32,000 bases of DNA, taken from Nonlabens ponticola. Lineage in GTDB: Bacteria > Bacteroidota > Bacteroidia > Flavobacteriales > Flavobacteriaceae. The notes below the pieces were generated by a model. The model saw only the letters and a list, made by a program, of their open reading frames with translations. It searched no databases and was not told the DNA's origin. The position numbers were made by a program, and so were the translations under genes. Where the stretch lies: the NCBI RefSeq assembly GCF_003966335.1, contig NZ_CP034549.1, positions 1,590,001-1,622,000 of the forward strand. The letters run 5' to 3'. Of the stretch, positions 1 to 9,280 are shown piece after piece (within the stretch, counting starts at the first letter, position 1; every line of letters starts with the position of its first letter).

Positions 1-2200
1 ACACATTGTAATCTGGATCTTCAACAGGACTGGCTGGATCGCGATCCCTATTTACCCAAATGTTACGTATAGTCAATGATTGTCTCATGTTACTACGCAA
101 ATCCTCTGGTCTGAACGCGAGATTCATAAAACCAGAAACACGCCTATACATCAAGTCATCCTCGTATGAAAAGGTATTGGCGCCAGCACCATATCTCACC
201 TGGAATAATCGCTGGTCACGATCCTCTATGGGGTGCGCATAACTCAAACCAATAGAGCCCACAAGTTTGTTGGACCCAAAGCCATAAGTGGGTTTAATAC
301 TGTATCTAAAGGGCTTACTCAATAGATTACCGTTGTAAAAACGAGGTCCAATCGTCAATCCATCATAAAGATTGTACCCGACGTCTGGCATCACAAAAAC
401 CTCGGTTCTTGTCGGGTCTTCCACATCTTTGAACAGTTTTACACTTAGCGGTCTACTTAATGACGGCAAGCCTTTTAACGTGCGGTAGTTGTCACGCTGT
501 GAGAATTCAGGTAGTAATTTTTCATAGTTAACGGCTACGCGGTTTGCAAGCTTTCGCGAAAGCGTAACAGTTGTATCGCCTATAAAACCAGGTATATACT
601 TTTTGCTCACGATTGAATCATTGAACAAGCTGTAAACGGAAACAGGAATTACTCGATCAGATTTATTCTTGATCACAATATCCACCGAGTCCGTTGACTT
701 TTTGACGCGTTTGATCTTCCAGTCCATGCGCTGGTGCTGGGTGATATAATCATCAAAAAACCAGGCAGTAGGCTGCTGGCTAGATTGTTCCAGCAATTCT
801 TGAAAATCATGCCCGTCAACAATACGGTTGTTACTAAGTTGGTACAGCTGTTTGATGGCTTGCTCAACATTGTCATTGTCTAGGTAATCGTCCAGATACT
901 GTAGCCCAACGGCTGCTTTGTAGGGTATTCCCAACTCTTGATTATACTTGACCAGCTCATCGGATGGCGTGGTAATCGCCTGATCTAGGTTAAGTCTAGA
1001 TGTATTGAGATAGAGTAGTGGATATTGCTCGTTGAATTTGAGTTTGGCAGCATTGAAACTGCGCAGCCCAAAGAAATCACTAAATTTACCTGCAAGCTTC
1101 AGGTCAGGATAGTGAATTTCCTGATAATCCATTATGATACTCACGATAATCGCTTGTTGCAACCAGAAATTTTCTCTAGGATTAGTGCGCACTCCAGTCT
1201 CGACCCATTTACGAGTCAAGGTCTTAAGCATGCGTATCTCATAGCTAAAACCATCAGGAAACGGATTAATAAAATCTGGCAAACTGCTTAAACCATAAAC
1301 AGGACTCTCACGATAATAACGGTCAGACAATAGTAGCTGGTCATGTTTATAGTCACCTAATCGTTCACCCAGATAAGCGGTGATCTTTTCATTGATCTTA
1401 AGCTTTTCATCAAAATTGAGATCCTTTTCTTGGATATCGCTTACAATGGTCGCCTGTGGTGTTGGGTAATAAGTAAATTTTCCTGGACGCTTATCTAGAT
1501 GAAGCAAAATTTCTTGAAATCCTTCACCTTCAAATAGGTAGCTGTTCTTATTCTTACCGGGTGCGACAGTTATTGTGGTAATGTTACTTGTTGCATTGAG
1601 CGCTGACGGTATATGCAATGATACCTTGACATCTAGTGGCGCTCCATAAAAGTCGTCCAGATCCTTATGTGAGAAGTAGTCCCATTTGCCATCCTTGAAT
1701 ACCGCTGGATGCAAGTACCAGTATCTCAAATCATAATTACCGCTACTTGTTACTCCATAACTTGTAAAATCATTTTCAGGAATCTTTACCTCATAGTTCA
1801 ATCGAAATTCTTGACTTGATCCTGGTAATAGTGGATTATCTAAATCAATTTTAAGGATGTCTGGCTGATTCTCGACCCGTGAAAAGTTGTAACGCGCTGC
1901 AGTAGCAGAATCGATTCTAGTATAACCACGATCTCTATCACTTGAGAATTCAAAGTTGTTTTTAAAATCTTGAGCAAACCTAGCAGCCAGCGGCGTTTGT
2001 GTATTTACAAACGCATTTGCCCAATCAAGAAAAATCACTTCATTCCATGCCTGATCGCTATCATTGACAACAACAATGGTTTGCCTGATAGTCATCACAT
2101 CTTGATCTGCATCAAGAGTTGCTATAATATTGGTACTATGCTGTGCCGCAGCAAGCATAGGTATTACAAGGAATAAAAGCCTCAAAAATTTTAAGGACAT
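1..2200 (-). CDS. Large secreted protein with M1-aminopeptidase-like layout; 3' end runs off the window (absent from the ORF track because no stop is reached)
   Basis: Hand translation from ATG at 2200-2198 gives MSLKFLRLLFLVIPMLAAAQHSTNIIATLDADQDVMTIRQ... with a signal-peptide-like N-terminus. The frame stays open in the stretches I translated (2200-1100 and 120-1). Other frames hold only short ORFs. The segment FSYEIRMLKTLTRKW...NFWLQQ sits where M1 peptidases carry HEXXH-X18-E. Confidence 0.8.
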   Translation of the reverse strand, partial: MSLKFLRLLFLVIPMLAAAQHSTNIIATLDADQDVMTIRQTIVVVNDSDQAWNEVIFLDWANAFVNTQTPLAARFAQDFKNNFEFSSDRDRGYTRIDSATAARYNFSRVENQPDILKIDLDNPLLPGSSQEFRLNYEVKIPENDFTSYGVTSSGNYDLRYWYLHPAVFKDGKWDYFSHKDLDDFYGAPLDVKVSLHIPSALNATSNITTITVAPGKNKNSYLFEGEGFQEILLHLDKRPGKFTYYPTPQATIVSDIQEKDLNFDEKLKINEKITAYLGERLGDYKHDQLLLSDRYYRESPVYGLSSLPDFINPFPDGFSYEIRMLKTLTRKWVETGVRTNPRENFWLQQAIIVSIIMDYQEIHYPDLKLAGKFSDFFGLRSFNAAKLKFNEQYPLLYLNTSRLNLDQAITTPSDELVKYNQELGIPYKAAVGLQYLDDYLDNDNVEQAIKQLYQLSNNRIVDGHDFQELLEQSSQQPTAWFFDDYITQHQRMDWKIKRVKKSTDSVDIVIKNKSDRVIPVSVYSLFNDSIVSKKYIPGFIGDTTVTLSRKLANRVAVNYEKLLPEFSQRDNYRTLKGLPSLSRPLSVKLFKDVEDPTRTEVFVMPDVGYNLYDGLTIGPRFYNGNLLSKPFRYSIKPTYGFGSNKLVGSIGLSYAHPIEDRDQRLFQVRYGAGANTFSYEDDLMYRRVSGFMNLAFRPEDLRSNMRQSLTIRNIWVNRDRDPASPVEDPDYNV
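550..563. repeat. Copy 1 of the 14-bp palindrome GCTTTCGCGAAAGC (inside a CDS)
   Basis: Exact match. The 21-mer AAGCTTTCGCGAAAGCGTAAC at 548-568 is identical to 7864-7884. It encodes ...TLSRKLAN... in the 1..2200 gene. Confidence 0.9.
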
Positions 2201-2297
2201 ACTATAGGTTAAACAAGGTTAAGGGTTGGCTTGTTTTGTACTGATAATCGCAGTTGCGTTTCATAGATGAGAGAGGCTGCAACTATTGAACCATAAT

Positions 2298-2987
2298 CTA
2301 GAAGTTAGGGCTCAATGCATACTGATTGTAGAAGTCGTTTATGATCTTAACAGCTTCATCACTGGTGTCCACGACATGCAGCAAATCAATATCTTCTGGA
2401 CTTATGGTAAAGAATTTTTTATCAAGCGTGCTTTTAATCCAGTCTAGCAGGCCTTCCCAAAATTCTGATCCCATTAATATAATTGGGAATCGTCCTATTT
2501 TTTTAGTCTGTATCAAGGTAATAGCTTCAAATAATTCATCCAGTGTACCAAAACCACCAGGCATCACCACAAATCCTTGAGAATACTTGACAAACATTAC
2601 TTTGCGGGCAAAGAAGTAATCAAAATCAAGGCTTTTATCGCTATCAATATAAGGATTGTCGTGCTGCTCAAAAGGCAATGCAATATTCAAGCCGACTGAT
2701 GTACCACCAGCAAGGTGTGCACCTTTGTTACCAGCTTCCATTATTCCTGGACCACCACCAGTAATCACACCGTAACCATTCTCGCAAATCTTCTCTGCAA
2801 CTTCAGTCGCTAGTTGGTAGTATTCGTTGTCTGGTTTAAGCCTCGCACTACCAAAAATGGAAACACACGGCCCTATTCGGCTCATGCGCTCAAATCCCAT
2901 TACAAATTCTGATAATATTTTGAAGGTTGCCCAACTATCGTTGGTTTTCAAATCATTCCAACCTTTCTCACGTATTTCTTTTCTCAT
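2298..2987 (-). CDS. LOG family protein (cytokinin riboside 5'-monophosphate phosphoribohydrolase-like, TIGR00730 type)
   Basis: 229 aa with GGGPGIMEA and PGGFGTLDELFE motifs typical of LOG / Rossmann-fold nucleotide-binding proteins. ATG start, 9 nt downstream of the uvrA stop. Confidence 0.85.
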   Translation of the reverse strand: MRKEIREKGWNDLKTNDSWATFKILSEFVMGFERMSRIGPCVSIFGSARLKPDNEYYQLATEVAEKICENGYGVITGGGPGIMEAGNKGAHLAGGTSVGLNIALPFEQHDNPYIDSDKSLDFDYFFARKVMFVKYSQGFVVMPGGFGTLDELFEAITLIQTKKIGRFPIILMGSEFWEGLLDWIKSTLDKKFFTISPEDIDLLHVVDTSDEAVKIINDFYNQYALSPNF

Positions 2988-2996
2988 ATTCTCAAT

Positions 2997-5828
2997 CTAC
3001 TTCAATTCTTTTTTAAGGAAGCGTGCTGTATGGCTCACTTCGTTTTTGGCTACTTTTTCTGGTGTTCCTGTGGCGATCACCTCACCGCCGCCGCGACCGC
3101 CTTCAAGTCCTATGTCGATTACATGGTCTGCTATTTTTATAACATCCATATTATGCTCTATGACCAGTACGGTATTTCCTTTATCTACCAATTTATTAAG
3201 AACCTGTAATAATACTCTAATATCTTCAAAGTGCAATCCAGTTGTCGGCTCATCTAGTATATAAAAGGTATTTCCCGTATCGCGCTTTGAAAGCTCGGTT
3301 GCTAGTTTAATACGCTGCGCTTCACCACCAGATAGGGTTGTTGATTGTTGCCCTAAGGTAATGTAACCTAGACCTACATCCTTTATTGTTTTGAGTTTGC
3401 GATAAATTTTTGGGATAGGTTCAAAAAAGTCGGTCGCCTCGTTAATGGTCATGTTGAGAACATCGCTTATGGATTTTCCCTTGTAACGTATTTCAAGTGT
3501 TTCGCGGTTAAAACGCTTTCCTTGACAAGTCTCACAGGTAACGTAGACATCAGGCAAAAAATTCATTTCAATAACACGCAAGCCACCACCTTTACAAGTC
3601 TCACAGCGACCACCAGTGACATTAAAGCTAAAACGTCCTGGCTTATAACCTCTTATCAGCGCCTCAGGAGTTTTGGCAAACAAACTGCGTATCTCACTGA
3701 AGGTTCCCGTGTAGGTTGCAGGATTTGATCGCGGCGTGCGACCTATAGGGCTTTGGTTAATATCGATCACCTTATCGGCGTGGTCCAGACCCTTGATACT
3801 CTTGTAAGGCATAGGAACTTTTACACCATTAAAAAAGTGCGCGTTCATAATAGGATATAGCGTTTCATTAATAAGCGTGGATTTACCACTACCAGAAACA
3901 CCACTGACCACAATCATTTTACCTAGCGGAAAGTCAACTGATACATTCTTTAAATTATTACCCGTACAACCTTTCAAACTTATCTTCTTACCGTTTCCTT
4001 TTCGGCGTTTTTTAGGAATCTCGATCTCCATTTTACCGTTTAGGTATTGAGCGGTAACGGTATCATGTGACAAAATTTCTTGCGGCGTTCCTTGACTAAT
4101 GATCTCGCCGCCATATTTTCCCGCGCGCGGTCCTATATCGATGACATGATCTGCACGTTCAATCATGTCTTTATCGTGTTCTACTACAATCACGCTGTTA
4201 CCTACATCGCGCAAGCTCTCGAGCGAGTTGATCAATTTCTCATTATCTCGTTGATGCAAGCCTATGCTAGGTTCATCAAGAATATACAGAACACCGACTA
4301 GCTGCGATCCTATTTGGGTTGCCAGCCTGATACGCTGTGCTTCACCACCAGATAATGATTTTGCACTTCTATTTAGGGATAAGTAATCAAGACCAACGTC
4401 CAGTAAAAATTGTAGACGCTCTTTTATCTCTTTCAATAATTCAGTGGCTATTTGTTTTTGCTTTCGCGAAAGCTTACTCTCCAAAACATTAAACCAATCA
4501 ACCAACTGCACGATATCCATGTGGGCCAGCTGTGCGATATTTTTCTCATTTACCTTGAAATACATAGATTCTTTGCGCAATCTGCTGCCTTCACAAGTAG
4601 AACACATGACACGATCCATAAAACTCTTTGCCCAGCGTTGCAGGCTAGTGCTATCATTGTTCTTGTAGGTTTGCTCAATGAAATTTGCAATACCTTCAAA
4701 GTCAATCTTGTAATTGCGTTTAACGCCTAGTTCCTTGCTATTGACTTCTAATGAATCCTTGCCACCATAAAGAATCATCTGTATTGCCTCGTCAGGTACA
4801 GACTCTAAAGGATCTGTCAGTTTAAAGTCAAACTTTTGAGCAATAAGCTCCAGTTGCTTGAAAATCCAGTTTTTCTTGTTATCAGGATAGGGCGCAAGAC
4901 CACCTTTTTTAATGGATAATGAGGTGTCTGGAATGATTTTTTTATCATTCACCTTGAAGAGTGTACCTATTCCATTACAGGTAGGACACGCACCTTTAGG
5001 TGAATTGAATGAGAAATTATTAGGCTCTGGCTCTGGATATGAGATGCCTGTCGATGGACACATAAGGTTTCTAGAAAAGTACCTGCCTTCTTTCTCGCCA
5101 TGCGGTACGATCATGGCGATGTCGTTGCCATGGTAGAGTGCTGTCTTGATGGAGTCTTCCAGCCGCTTGCGGTCGTTCTCATCATCACTAACAGCCAGTC
5201 TATCGATGACCATTTCAATATCATGGGTTTTATAACGATCCAATTTCATGCCCTTGGTGATATCGACGATTACTCCATCGACGCGCACTTTGACAAAACC
5301 TTGTTTGGCAATTTGTTCAAACAATTCGCGATAGTGACCTTTTCTTGATCTTATGACGGGTGCAAGTATATTGATGCGCTGTCCATCATATTCTTCCATA
5401 ATCAAGTCGCGTATCTGATCATCAGAATAACTTACCATTTTCTCACCAGTATTATAAGAGTAGGCATCGCTGGCACGAGCGTACAATAATCTCAAGAAAT
5501 CATAGATTTCTGTAATGGTTCCCACGGTACTGCGAGGACTTTTTGAAGTGGTTTTTTGCTCAATAGCAATTACTGGAGAAAGTCCATCAATTTTATCAAC
5601 ATCTGGTCGTTCCAGTCCACCTAGAAATTGTCTGGCATAGGCACTGAATGTCTCGATGTATCTGCGCTGACCTTCGGCATAGATGGTGTCAAATGCTAGA
5701 GAACTTTTACCTGATCCAGATAGACCAGTGATTACCACAAGCTTTTCACGTGGTATGTTGACATCAATATTTTTAAGATTATGGACTCGTGCGCCTTGAA
5801 CCTCTATAAATTCTTCTACTTGTGACAT
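2997..5828 (-). CDS. uvrA: Excinuclease ABC subunit A
   Basis: 943 aa with two ABC modules. Walker A motifs are GLSGSGKSS and GVSGSGKST, and LSGGEAQR occurs twice. Zn-module cysteines are present (CPTCNG, CETCKG, CETCQG). Confidence 0.97.
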   Translation of the reverse strand: MSQVEEFIEVQGARVHNLKNIDVNIPREKLVVITGLSGSGKSSLAFDTIYAEGQRRYIETFSAYARQFLGGLERPDVDKIDGLSPVIAIEQKTTSKSPRSTVGTITEIYDFLRLLYARASDAYSYNTGEKMVSYSDDQIRDLIMEEYDGQRINILAPVIRSRKGHYRELFEQIAKQGFVKVRVDGVIVDITKGMKLDRYKTHDIEMVIDRLAVSDDENDRKRLEDSIKTALYHGNDIAMIVPHGEKEGRYFSRNLMCPSTGISYPEPEPNNFSFNSPKGACPTCNGIGTLFKVNDKKIIPDTSLSIKKGGLAPYPDNKKNWIFKQLELIAQKFDFKLTDPLESVPDEAIQMILYGGKDSLEVNSKELGVKRNYKIDFEGIANFIEQTYKNNDSTSLQRWAKSFMDRVMCSTCEGSRLRKESMYFKVNEKNIAQLAHMDIVQLVDWFNVLESKLSRKQKQIATELLKEIKERLQFLLDVGLDYLSLNRSAKSLSGGEAQRIRLATQIGSQLVGVLYILDEPSIGLHQRDNEKLINSLESLRDVGNSVIVVEHDKDMIERADHVIDIGPRAGKYGGEIISQGTPQEILSHDTVTAQYLNGKMEIEIPKKRRKGNGKKISLKGCTGNNLKNVSVDFPLGKMIVVSGVSGSGKSTLINETLYPIMNAHFFNGVKVPMPYKSIKGLDHADKVIDINQSPIGRTPRSNPATYTGTFSEIRSLFAKTPEALIRGYKPGRFSFNVTGGRCETCKGGGLRVIEMNFLPDVYVTCETCQGKRFNRETLEIRYKGKSISDVLNMTINEATDFFEPIPKIYRKLKTIKDVGLGYITLGQQSTTLSGGEAQRIKLATELSKRDTGNTFYILDEPTTGLHFEDIRVLLQVLNKLVDKGNTVLVIEHNMDVIKIADHVIDIGLEGGRGGGEVIATGTPEKVAKNEVSHTARFLKKELK
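4460..4473. repeat. Copy 2 of the 14-bp palindrome (inside uvrA)
   Basis: Exact match. It encodes KLSRKQ in a poorly conserved linker of UvrA. Confidence 0.9.
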
Positions 5829-6052
5829 ATTTCTAGCAATCGCGCGAAGTTACCGATTATCAAATCATGCGAATTATAAAGTAGTCTAAAATGTAAACTT
5901 ACCATATTACCTATGTTCATTCGGTCATCGGTAAGCTACTGATGACTTTAATCGATTAATTAAGTCTTATAGCGTATAACCTCTTGATTTAAAACTATTT
6001 TATAAGTCGTACGTACGTCTCTAAGTATTTTTAAATGCTATTAAAAGAATAA

Positions 6053-6511
6053 ATGAGAAATTTTTACTTAAGAACTGATATCAAAACCATTATCTATGGC
6101 ATCACTAGAGTAGGTCTAGGTATTTACCTATTGAGTCATGCCGCCATGGCCTTTATGGATTTTGATCAATTCATGGCAACGGCACTTTCTTATTTTCCAG
6201 AAGATTCTGGACTTTCCTTTCTAGCTTATTTGACTCCTATAGTTCCGTTTATGGAATTTTTCTTAGCTGTAATGATCTTGGCAGGGATTTATACTAAACT
6301 AGCCTTAAAGTGGGCGATAGGTATAGGAATATTTTTCACCGTATTTTTTCATTACACAGGCGATCTCGATGGTGCATTGACACATTCCTATTCATTACTA
6401 GTCAAGATTTTCCTATTGTTTACAATCTTCTACAATAAGTTCTCACTAGATTACTACAATATGTGGAAGGTGTCTCAAGAATCTAGCGAGTCACACTCAC
6501 ACCTGTTATAG
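6053..6511 (+). CDS. Small polytopic membrane protein, possibly DoxX-like
   Basis: 152 aa with about four hydrophobic helices and an ATG start. A TATTTTTA box lies about 20 nt upstream. The family assignment is only a guess. Confidence 0.6.
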   Translation: MRNFYLRTDIKTIIYGITRVGLGIYLLSHAAMAFMDFDQFMATALSYFPEDSGLSFLAYLTPIVPFMEFFLAVMILAGIYTKLALKWAIGIGIFFTVFFHYTGDLDGALTHSYSLLVKIFLLFTIFYNKFSLDYYNMWKVSQESSESHSHLL

Positions 6512-7190
6512 GTATTTCTATACCAAACACATTCTTATTATTCGCCAGGTAATATCCGTTTTCGGTTTGATACCAATCATTCCATCGCGCCTCAATACCA
6601 TCTAGCGGTATGATGCTCACCCACATTTTAAAGGATGTAGGACGATAATTCTCGTCCAGTTCCCATAGGTAGGCATCACCAGGTGTACTGCCGCCGCTGG
6701 TATATTTTATAAGCAGCTTCTCAACGCCATCTTCTACTACCAATTCACGCTTAGTTCCTGGATCCATAACTTTATAAGGCGCAACCATCCAGAAACTATC
6801 GTTATTAAATTTTTTTAGGGCATAATCAATCGCTTCTTGAAGCTGCTCTCCTGTAAGATTTGTAGAATTGCGAGTTGCAATACTTTGTCCAGGGTTTTTG
6901 GTATTCAGCTTTACTGTTTTGTCATCCCATGAGACCGTTACTTGATTTTCTTGCATATACCACTGATAGTGGTTTACACCTCTAAAAGTCCATTCTAGGT
7001 AATCTGCCTTTTCAAAATCATGGCTATTAAGCGCGTCAAGCATTTTGAGCGCGAGTTCATCAGCTTGCTTACCGCTTTCTCCTTGAGGTACGTCGTCGTT
7101 GTAGATCAACTTGAGGACAAGAAAACCTAAAACAAGAACTGCTAGGACTGCTGCAATAGCTTTCCATAGAAAGGAGAAGAGTTTTTTCAT
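6483..7190 (-). CDS. Hypothetical N-terminally membrane-anchored protein
   Basis: 235 aa with an N-terminal hydrophobic helix (AIAAVLAVLVLGFLVLKLI) followed by a soluble domain. I recognise no motif. Its 3' end overlaps the convergent 6053..6511 gene by 29 nt. Confidence 0.7.
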   Translation of the reverse strand: MKKLFSFLWKAIAAVLAVLVLGFLVLKLIYNDDVPQGESGKQADELALKMLDALNSHDFEKADYLEWTFRGVNHYQWYMQENQVTVSWDDKTVKLNTKNPGQSIATRNSTNLTGEQLQEAIDYALKKFNNDSFWMVAPYKVMDPGTKRELVVEDGVEKLLIKYTSGGSTPGDAYLWELDENYRPTSFKMWVSIIPLDGIEARWNDWYQTENGYYLANNKNVFGIEIPITGVSVTR

Positions 7191-7230
7191 GAGAAGGATG
7201 GTTTGTGTAACAAGTTATGTAAATCAAAGC

Positions 7231-7264
7231 AAAAAAAATCTGCCACAAGATGTTTATGGCAGAT
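7231..7264 (-). terminator. Rho-independent terminator downstream of ppa
   Basis: A 7-bp stem ATCTGCC/GGCAGAT (7238-7244 / 7258-7264) is followed on the minus strand by a run of eight T (plus-strand A run at 7231-7238). Confidence 0.7.
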
Positions 7265-7285
7265 TCATATTATGAAGAGAGAAAT

Positions 7286-7822
7286 CTACTTTTTAAATTT
7301 CTCTTTATAATCTACAATGGATTGCTGTACGATTTCCATGGCTTTCTCGCGCCCTTGAAAATCCTCAACGTCAACCGTTTTGTTTTCTAGCTTTTTATAA
7401 TCTTCAAAGAAATTGCGCATTTCCTTAAGCCAGTATTCTGGTAGCTCATGCACGTCATTAAAGTGCGCGACACTCATGTCATTTGCAGCAACAGCAATGA
7501 TCTTGTCATCCATCTCGCCACCATCCATCATTTGCATCACACCTATAACCTTAGCCTCTACAAGACACATAGGCACAATCTCAATTTGAGATAATACAAG
7601 TATATCCAGCGGGTCATTATCATCACAATAAGTTTGTGGTATAAAGCCATAATTGGTCGGGTAGTACATGCTGCTGTAGATCACTCGATCGAGGATCAAC
7701 ATACCAGACTCTTTATCTAACTCATATTTAGCTCTTGTATTTTTTGGTATCTCGATAATGCCGGTAACCGTTTCAGGAACATTATCTCCAGGCGATATAT
7801 CGTGCCATGGGTGTGTTTTCAT
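7286..7822 (-). CDS. ppa: Inorganic pyrophosphatase (family I)
   Basis: [12 protein letters not shown]..., with [10 protein letters not shown] and YGFIPQT motifs. The track start at 7831 is a TTG. The first ATG is at 7822, downstream of a TAAATTTG -7 box. Confidence 0.93.
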   Translation of the reverse strand: MKTHPWHDISPGDNVPETVTGIIEIPKNTRAKYELDKESGMLILDRVIYSSMYYPTNYGFIPQTYCDDNDPLDILVLSQIEIVPMCLVEAKVIGVMQMMDGGEMDDKIIAVAANDMSVAHFNDVHELPEYWLKEMRNFFEDYKKLENKTVDVEDFQGREKAMEIVQQSIVDYKEKFKK

Positions 7823-7847
7823 CTTCTGCAAATTTTTTAAAGGGTGG

Positions 7848-7855
7848 CAAATTTA
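7848..7855 (-). promoter_or_regulatory. Bacteroidota-type -7 promoter box (TAnnTTTG) for ppa
   Basis: The minus strand reads TAAATTTG, about 25 nt upstream of the ppa ATG. The 14-bp palindrome at 7866-7879 falls where a -33 element would be expected. Confidence 0.4.
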
Positions 7856-7865
7856 AGGATATTAA

Positions 7866-7909
7866 GCTTTCGCGAAAGCGTAACCACCACAAAATCTATC
7901 CATAACAAT
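7866..7909. repeat. Copy 3: palindrome plus shared flank (intergenic, ppa / VWA divergent gap)
   Basis: GCTTTCGCGAAAGC GTAACCACCACAAAAT CTATCCATAACAAT. It is collinear with the 28137-28178 copy. Confidence 0.9.
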
Positions 7910-8021
7910 AGCTACACCTATAAATCGATCATCGTGCACGATTGCTTTTCTCTATCCATAAACAGTTGTTAAAACCTCCAGAATTGTAAGTCAGGCAACA
8001 AGTGACGACTATCTTTATAAT

Positions 8022-9161
8022 ATGACGAGACAGGAAAGAAGCGGTTTTAAATTTGAGCATTATAGTGCCAAGGAACTGGATCCTTTTGACAAGCTATTTG
8101 ACATCTTTAAAGAGCTTATCACACATACCTCAGGAGATTTTGACGAGGCGATCGACTGGTTGCGAGAGCTTGATAAGGAATACAAGCTGACCACGCCAGA
8201 ATATACTATCGATGATTTTATTGAGGATTTAAAACAGCGCGGTTACATACGTGAAGAGTTTGATCCTAACGGCAGCGATGGAACTGGTGACGGTGAGAGC
8301 TCTTTTACCATCACCGCCAAAACTGAGCAATTATTGCGCAAACACGCGCTAGATCAGATTTTTGGTAACATGCGCAAGGGCAACAGCGGTAACCATAAGA
8401 CTAAAAAGATGGGAACTGGCGACGAGCATACGGGCGAGTTTAGGGAATACAGATTTGGCGATGGGCTAGATCGTATTTCCATGACCGAGAGTTTGCGCAA
8501 CGCACAGATCAATCACGGTATGGATGATTTTTATCTTTCAGAAAATGATTTGGTGGTCGAGGATACCCAATTCAAAGCGCAGATGAGCACGGTGCTCATG
8601 ATTGATATATCTCACTCAATGATTTTATATGGTGAGGATCGCATCACACCAGCCAAGAAAGTTGCCATGGCGCTAGCAGAACTCATTACTAGTAGATATC
8701 CTAAGGATACGCTGGATATCATCGTTTTTGGTAACGATGCATGGCCTATTAAGATTGCAGATTTACCTTATTTAAAAGTAGGACCGTATCATACAAACAC
8801 AGTTGCTGGATTGCAGCTTGCCATGGATATACTGCGTCGCAAACGCAATACCAACAAGCAAATTTTCATGATTACTGATGGTAAGCCCAGCTGCTTGCGG
8901 TTAAAGGATGGCAGGTATTATAAAAATAGTAATGGACTCGATGAGTACATTGTGGACAAGTGTTACACAATGGCCGCACAAGCCCGCAGATTACACATTC
9001 CTATCACGACCTTTATGATTGCAAACGATCCTTACCTGCAAAGATTTATAGATGAGTTTACTGAGGCCAATCAAGGCAAGGCATTTTACACTGGATTGCA
9101 AGGTTTAGGTGAAATGATCTTCCAGGATTATGAAGCAAACAGAAAGAAGAGGTTGAGGTAG
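8022..9161 (+). CDS. von Willebrand factor type A (VWA) domain protein
   Basis: 379 aa. It has an intact MIDAS-like DxSxS (MIDISHSM) and a later ITDGKPS. The N-terminal helical region is rich in acidic residues. ATG start. Confidence 0.85.
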   Translation: MTRQERSGFKFEHYSAKELDPFDKLFDIFKELITHTSGDFDEAIDWLRELDKEYKLTTPEYTIDDFIEDLKQRGYIREEFDPNGSDGTGDGESSFTITAKTEQLLRKHALDQIFGNMRKGNSGNHKTKKMGTGDEHTGEFREYRFGDGLDRISMTESLRNAQINHGMDDFYLSENDLVVEDTQFKAQMSTVLMIDISHSMILYGEDRITPAKKVAMALAELITSRYPKDTLDIIVFGNDAWPIKIADLPYLKVGPYHTNTVAGLQLAMDILRRKRNTNKQIFMITDGKPSCLRLKDGRYYKNSNGLDEYIVDKCYTMAAQARRLHIPITTFMIANDPYLQRFIDEFTEANQGKAFYTGLQGLGEMIFQDYEANRKKRLR

Positions 9162-9280
9162 TTGATTTGTTGATGCTCTAATTTGATAATGAGAGTATTG
9201 GTTAAAAATCAATTGGGTTTGAATTTTTAAACCAGCAGTACCAAATAAAATGTCAGGCTGAGCTTGTCGAAGCCGAAGTC

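Noticed and set aside
2250-2284. A weak AGTTGC/GCAACT inverted repeat downstream of the LOG gene, considered as a terminator.
   Set aside because: It has only a 6-bp stem with a ~20-nt loop and no clear T tract.
2298-2987. Annotating this gene as a lysine decarboxylase.
   Set aside because: The PGGxGTxxE motif marks the LOG family. The lysine decarboxylase label is a known historical misannotation.
2827-3264. A 145-aa plus-strand ORF spanning the LOG/uvrA junction, together with the many 60-145-aa ORFs antisense to uvrA, tamB, purB, the sirtuin, the permease, recF and ribH.
   Set aside because: All are embedded antisense or out of frame in long, motif-rich genes. They have low-complexity or unrecognisable sequences and leave no room for their own promoters. 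They are typical shadow ORFs.
6008-6017. The CGTACGTACG 10-bp palindrome in the uvrA / DoxX-like gap, and the GTCATC...GATGAC hairpin near 5933-5960.
   Set aside because: They are short, single-copy and in an AT-rich gap, and I recognise no matching operator consensus. They cannot be distinguished from chance without comparative data.
6483-6511. Convergent 3' overlaps of coding regions: 29 nt here and 20 nt at 20066-20085 (DUF1223 versus rsmE).
   Set aside because: These are plausibly just compact genome organisation. The overlapping tails are unconserved-looking C-termini, and nothing suggests antisense regulation.
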